NCBI GenBank assembly: GCA_039194325.1
Contig: JBCCWC010000009.1
Location: 32,001-96,000, forward strand
Direction of reading: 5' to 3'
Source: Myxococcota bacterium
GTDB lineage: Bacteria; Myxococcota_A; Polyangia; Nannocystales; Nannocystaceae
Length of the DNA stretch: 64,000 bases
Positions 59,497 to 64,000 of the stretch are shown here, piece after piece. Below the pieces are notes generated by a model. That model was not told the origin of the DNA. It saw only the letters and a program-made list of their open reading frames with translations, and did not search any database. A program made the translations under genes and the position numbers. How positions within the stretch are numbered: position 1 is the stretch's first letter; each line of letters starts with the position of its first letter.

Positions 59497-60801
59497 CTAC
59501 TTGGCCACCACGATAAGCTGGCCCGGCACCGGCTCGGCCGCCGCAGGGGACGGTCGCAGACCCACGCCCAAGCCGATCGCTGCCCCCGCCACGACCACCG
59601 AGCCCACGATCGTCCAAAACCACCAGGTGCGCAGCACCGGCTTGCGGGCTCGGGTACCGGACGAGGAGGGATCACCCGCCGGTCCGTCGACCACCGGACG
59701 CGGCGCGACCAGCCGGCCCTCGTCATCGAGCAGCCCGAGCGCAGTGATCAACGCCACCGAGAGCTCGGGACGCCGCACCGCCGAGCCGATCCCGTCACGC
59801 CCCCATGGGCGCACCACGAAGCCGTCGGCGCCGCGGTCGACCACCAGCACCGCCGCAGCCCCCTGGGCATGGGCCACGGCCCACACCGCCGCGCGTGCCG
59901 AGGGCGAGCCGGAGGGCTGCGGATCCGCCTCGCTGCTGGCCGCCAGCCGCTCTATGGGATCGTCCTGTGGCGGCAACGCGGTGAGGGTGACCCGCAGGGC
60001 CCCCTGCTGGCGAAGATCGACCACCTTCGCCCAGGTCGCGTATCCGGGCGCGCTGACCCGCACCATGTGCAGACCGGGCCGAAGGTCGATCGGGCCCTCC
60101 TCGCGCACCCGGCAGTCGATCTCCACCCGAGCATCGGCCGGTTGGATCTGCAGCGAGACCGGCCGGGGCATGCGATCGCTCCTATGCTGCACGGCGGCGA
60201 GGAAGGCCGCGGTCACGTCGGGCCCGTAGAGCTCGGCCAGGGGACGCCGCGGCGGGTCGAGGGCGAGGGCGAGCTCGTAGCGAGCCTCGGAGCGCACCTG
60301 GTCGGCCGCCCGCTCCTCCGCCCGCTCGGCCCCCCGGTCCTCGTTCCCCCCCTCGGCCCGGCCCCGCAACCCCAGGGCCAGGCCCAGGCGAAACTGGAGC
60401 TCCCACAGCCCATCGCAGCGACCGGGCCGGGCCAGCGCGACCGCGTCGGCCTGGGCGCCCTGCAGCGTGTCGATCATCTCCGTCAAACGCAACGACAGGT
60501 AGTGATCCTGAGCCATGGCCAGCGCCCCCTCGACACCGAGGCGGCGTTCCTCGTCACGCGCGACCCTGCGCTCTCGGTGCTGGTCGAGCGTTTCGCGCAG
60601 TGGCGCGCGCGAGATTACCGACACCCCCTGGGCCCGTAGGGCCTCTTCGGCCTCGACTACCGAAGCATCCGAAGCATCCGGAGCACCCGGAGCATCCGGA
60701 GCACCCGGCCACACCATGACCGGAGGATGCGCCCATACCGGCCAGGCGAACAGGACTAGGCACAGCGCCGTCACCATCGCGATCGGTCGCGTACCCGGCA
60801 T
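59497..60801 (-). CDS. PEGA-domain secreted/membrane protein
   Basis: Signal peptide, P.DARVEID...LRPGLHMVRVSAPGY, C-terminal RTWWFWT TM. Confidence 0.8.
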   Translation of the reverse strand: MPGTRPIAMVTALCLVLFAWPVWAHPPVMVWPGAPDAPGAPDASDASVVEAEEALRAQGVSVISRAPLRETLDQHRERRVARDEERRLGVEGALAMAQDHYLSLRLTEMIDTLQGAQADAVALARPGRCDGLWELQFRLGLALGLRGRAEGGNEDRGAERAEERAADQVRSEARYELALALDPPRRPLAELYGPDVTAAFLAAVQHRSDRMPRPVSLQIQPADARVEIDCRVREEGPIDLRPGLHMVRVSAPGYATWAKVVDLRQQGALRVTLTALPPQDDPIERLAASSEADPQPSGSPSARAAVWAVAHAQGAAAVLVVDRGADGFVVRPWGRDGIGSAVRRPELSVALITALGLLDDEGRLVAPRPVVDGPAGDPSSSGTRARKPVLRTWWFWTIVGSVVVAGAAIGLGVGLRPSPAAAEPVPGQLIVVAK

Positions 60802-60821
60802 CGATCGCCGCGGACGGTACC

Positions 60822-62405
<1,584 letters not shown>

Positions 62406-62427
62406 ACCCGTGCCTGCCAGATCTCCG

Positions 62428-63816
<1,389 letters not shown>

Positions 63817-63853
63817 CGCGCTCGCTCCCTCCGCCGGCTGGTATCGTGAACGC

Positions 63854-64000
63854 ATGAGCCCGGCCCCGAGCGTCATCATCGCCCTGGCGGCCCTGGTGAG
63901 CGCCCCGGCAACCCCGTCGACCTCCCCCAGCTTCTCCCCCGGCTTCTCCCCGGGGATCGGCTACACCGTCTCATTGCGACAGCGACAAGCCGACGACGTG
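63854..64000 (+). CDS. 5' part of a secreted protein (truncated by the window edge)
   Basis: ATG 63854, MSPAPSVIIALAALVSAPA signal-like, open to the window end. Confidence 0.45.
   Translation, partial: MSPAPSVIIALAALVSAPATPSTSPSFSPGFSPGIGYTVSLRQRQADDV

Noticed and set aside
63839..63854. Sigma54 promoter TGGTATC-GTGA-ACGCA
   Set aside because: It runs into the ATG at 63854, leaving no room for a TSS; better read as an extended -10-like element, and too weak to call

Overview
High-GC (roughly 70% by eye) bacterial chromosome segment. Gene content points to a myxobacterium, probably Nannocystaceae-like (inference): four Ser/Thr kinases, four sigma54 enhancer-binding proteins, ECF sigma factors, and VWA-type and Cys-rich lipoproteins. 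Housekeeping anchors are cinA-recA (left) and an isolated selB (right). Between them lie: (i) a signalling island at about 4.9-16.1 kb, with a sigma54-promoted secreted 4x(CxxxC) peptide, an FHA-EBP plus kinase-TPR pair, and an ECF sigma / anti-sigma-like / CHAT protease / S8 lipoprotease operon; (ii) two degenerate ferritin-like 'metal-dependent hydrolase' paralogs behind an AT-rich operator-like region; (iii) an acyl-CoA ligase - MBOAT - AlgJ-like - membrane GT-like operon; (iv) an EAD1-like conflict protein and an M60 peptidase; (v) a helical hypothetical gene preceded by a non-coding 42-43 bp-periodic array of degenerate palindromes; (vi) two hybrid histidine kinases; (vii) tandem PAS-GAF sigma54 activators downstream of a perfect sigma54 promoter; (viii) a LysM-MepA-like endopeptidase and an ABC-ATPase + TOPRIM (DUF4276-like) pair. 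Many short tandem repeats sit at gene ends. No rRNA, tRNA, CRISPR array, transposase or integrase was recognised. Family calls come from motif recognition by eye, not database searches, and several start codons were chosen by me inside longer ORFs.
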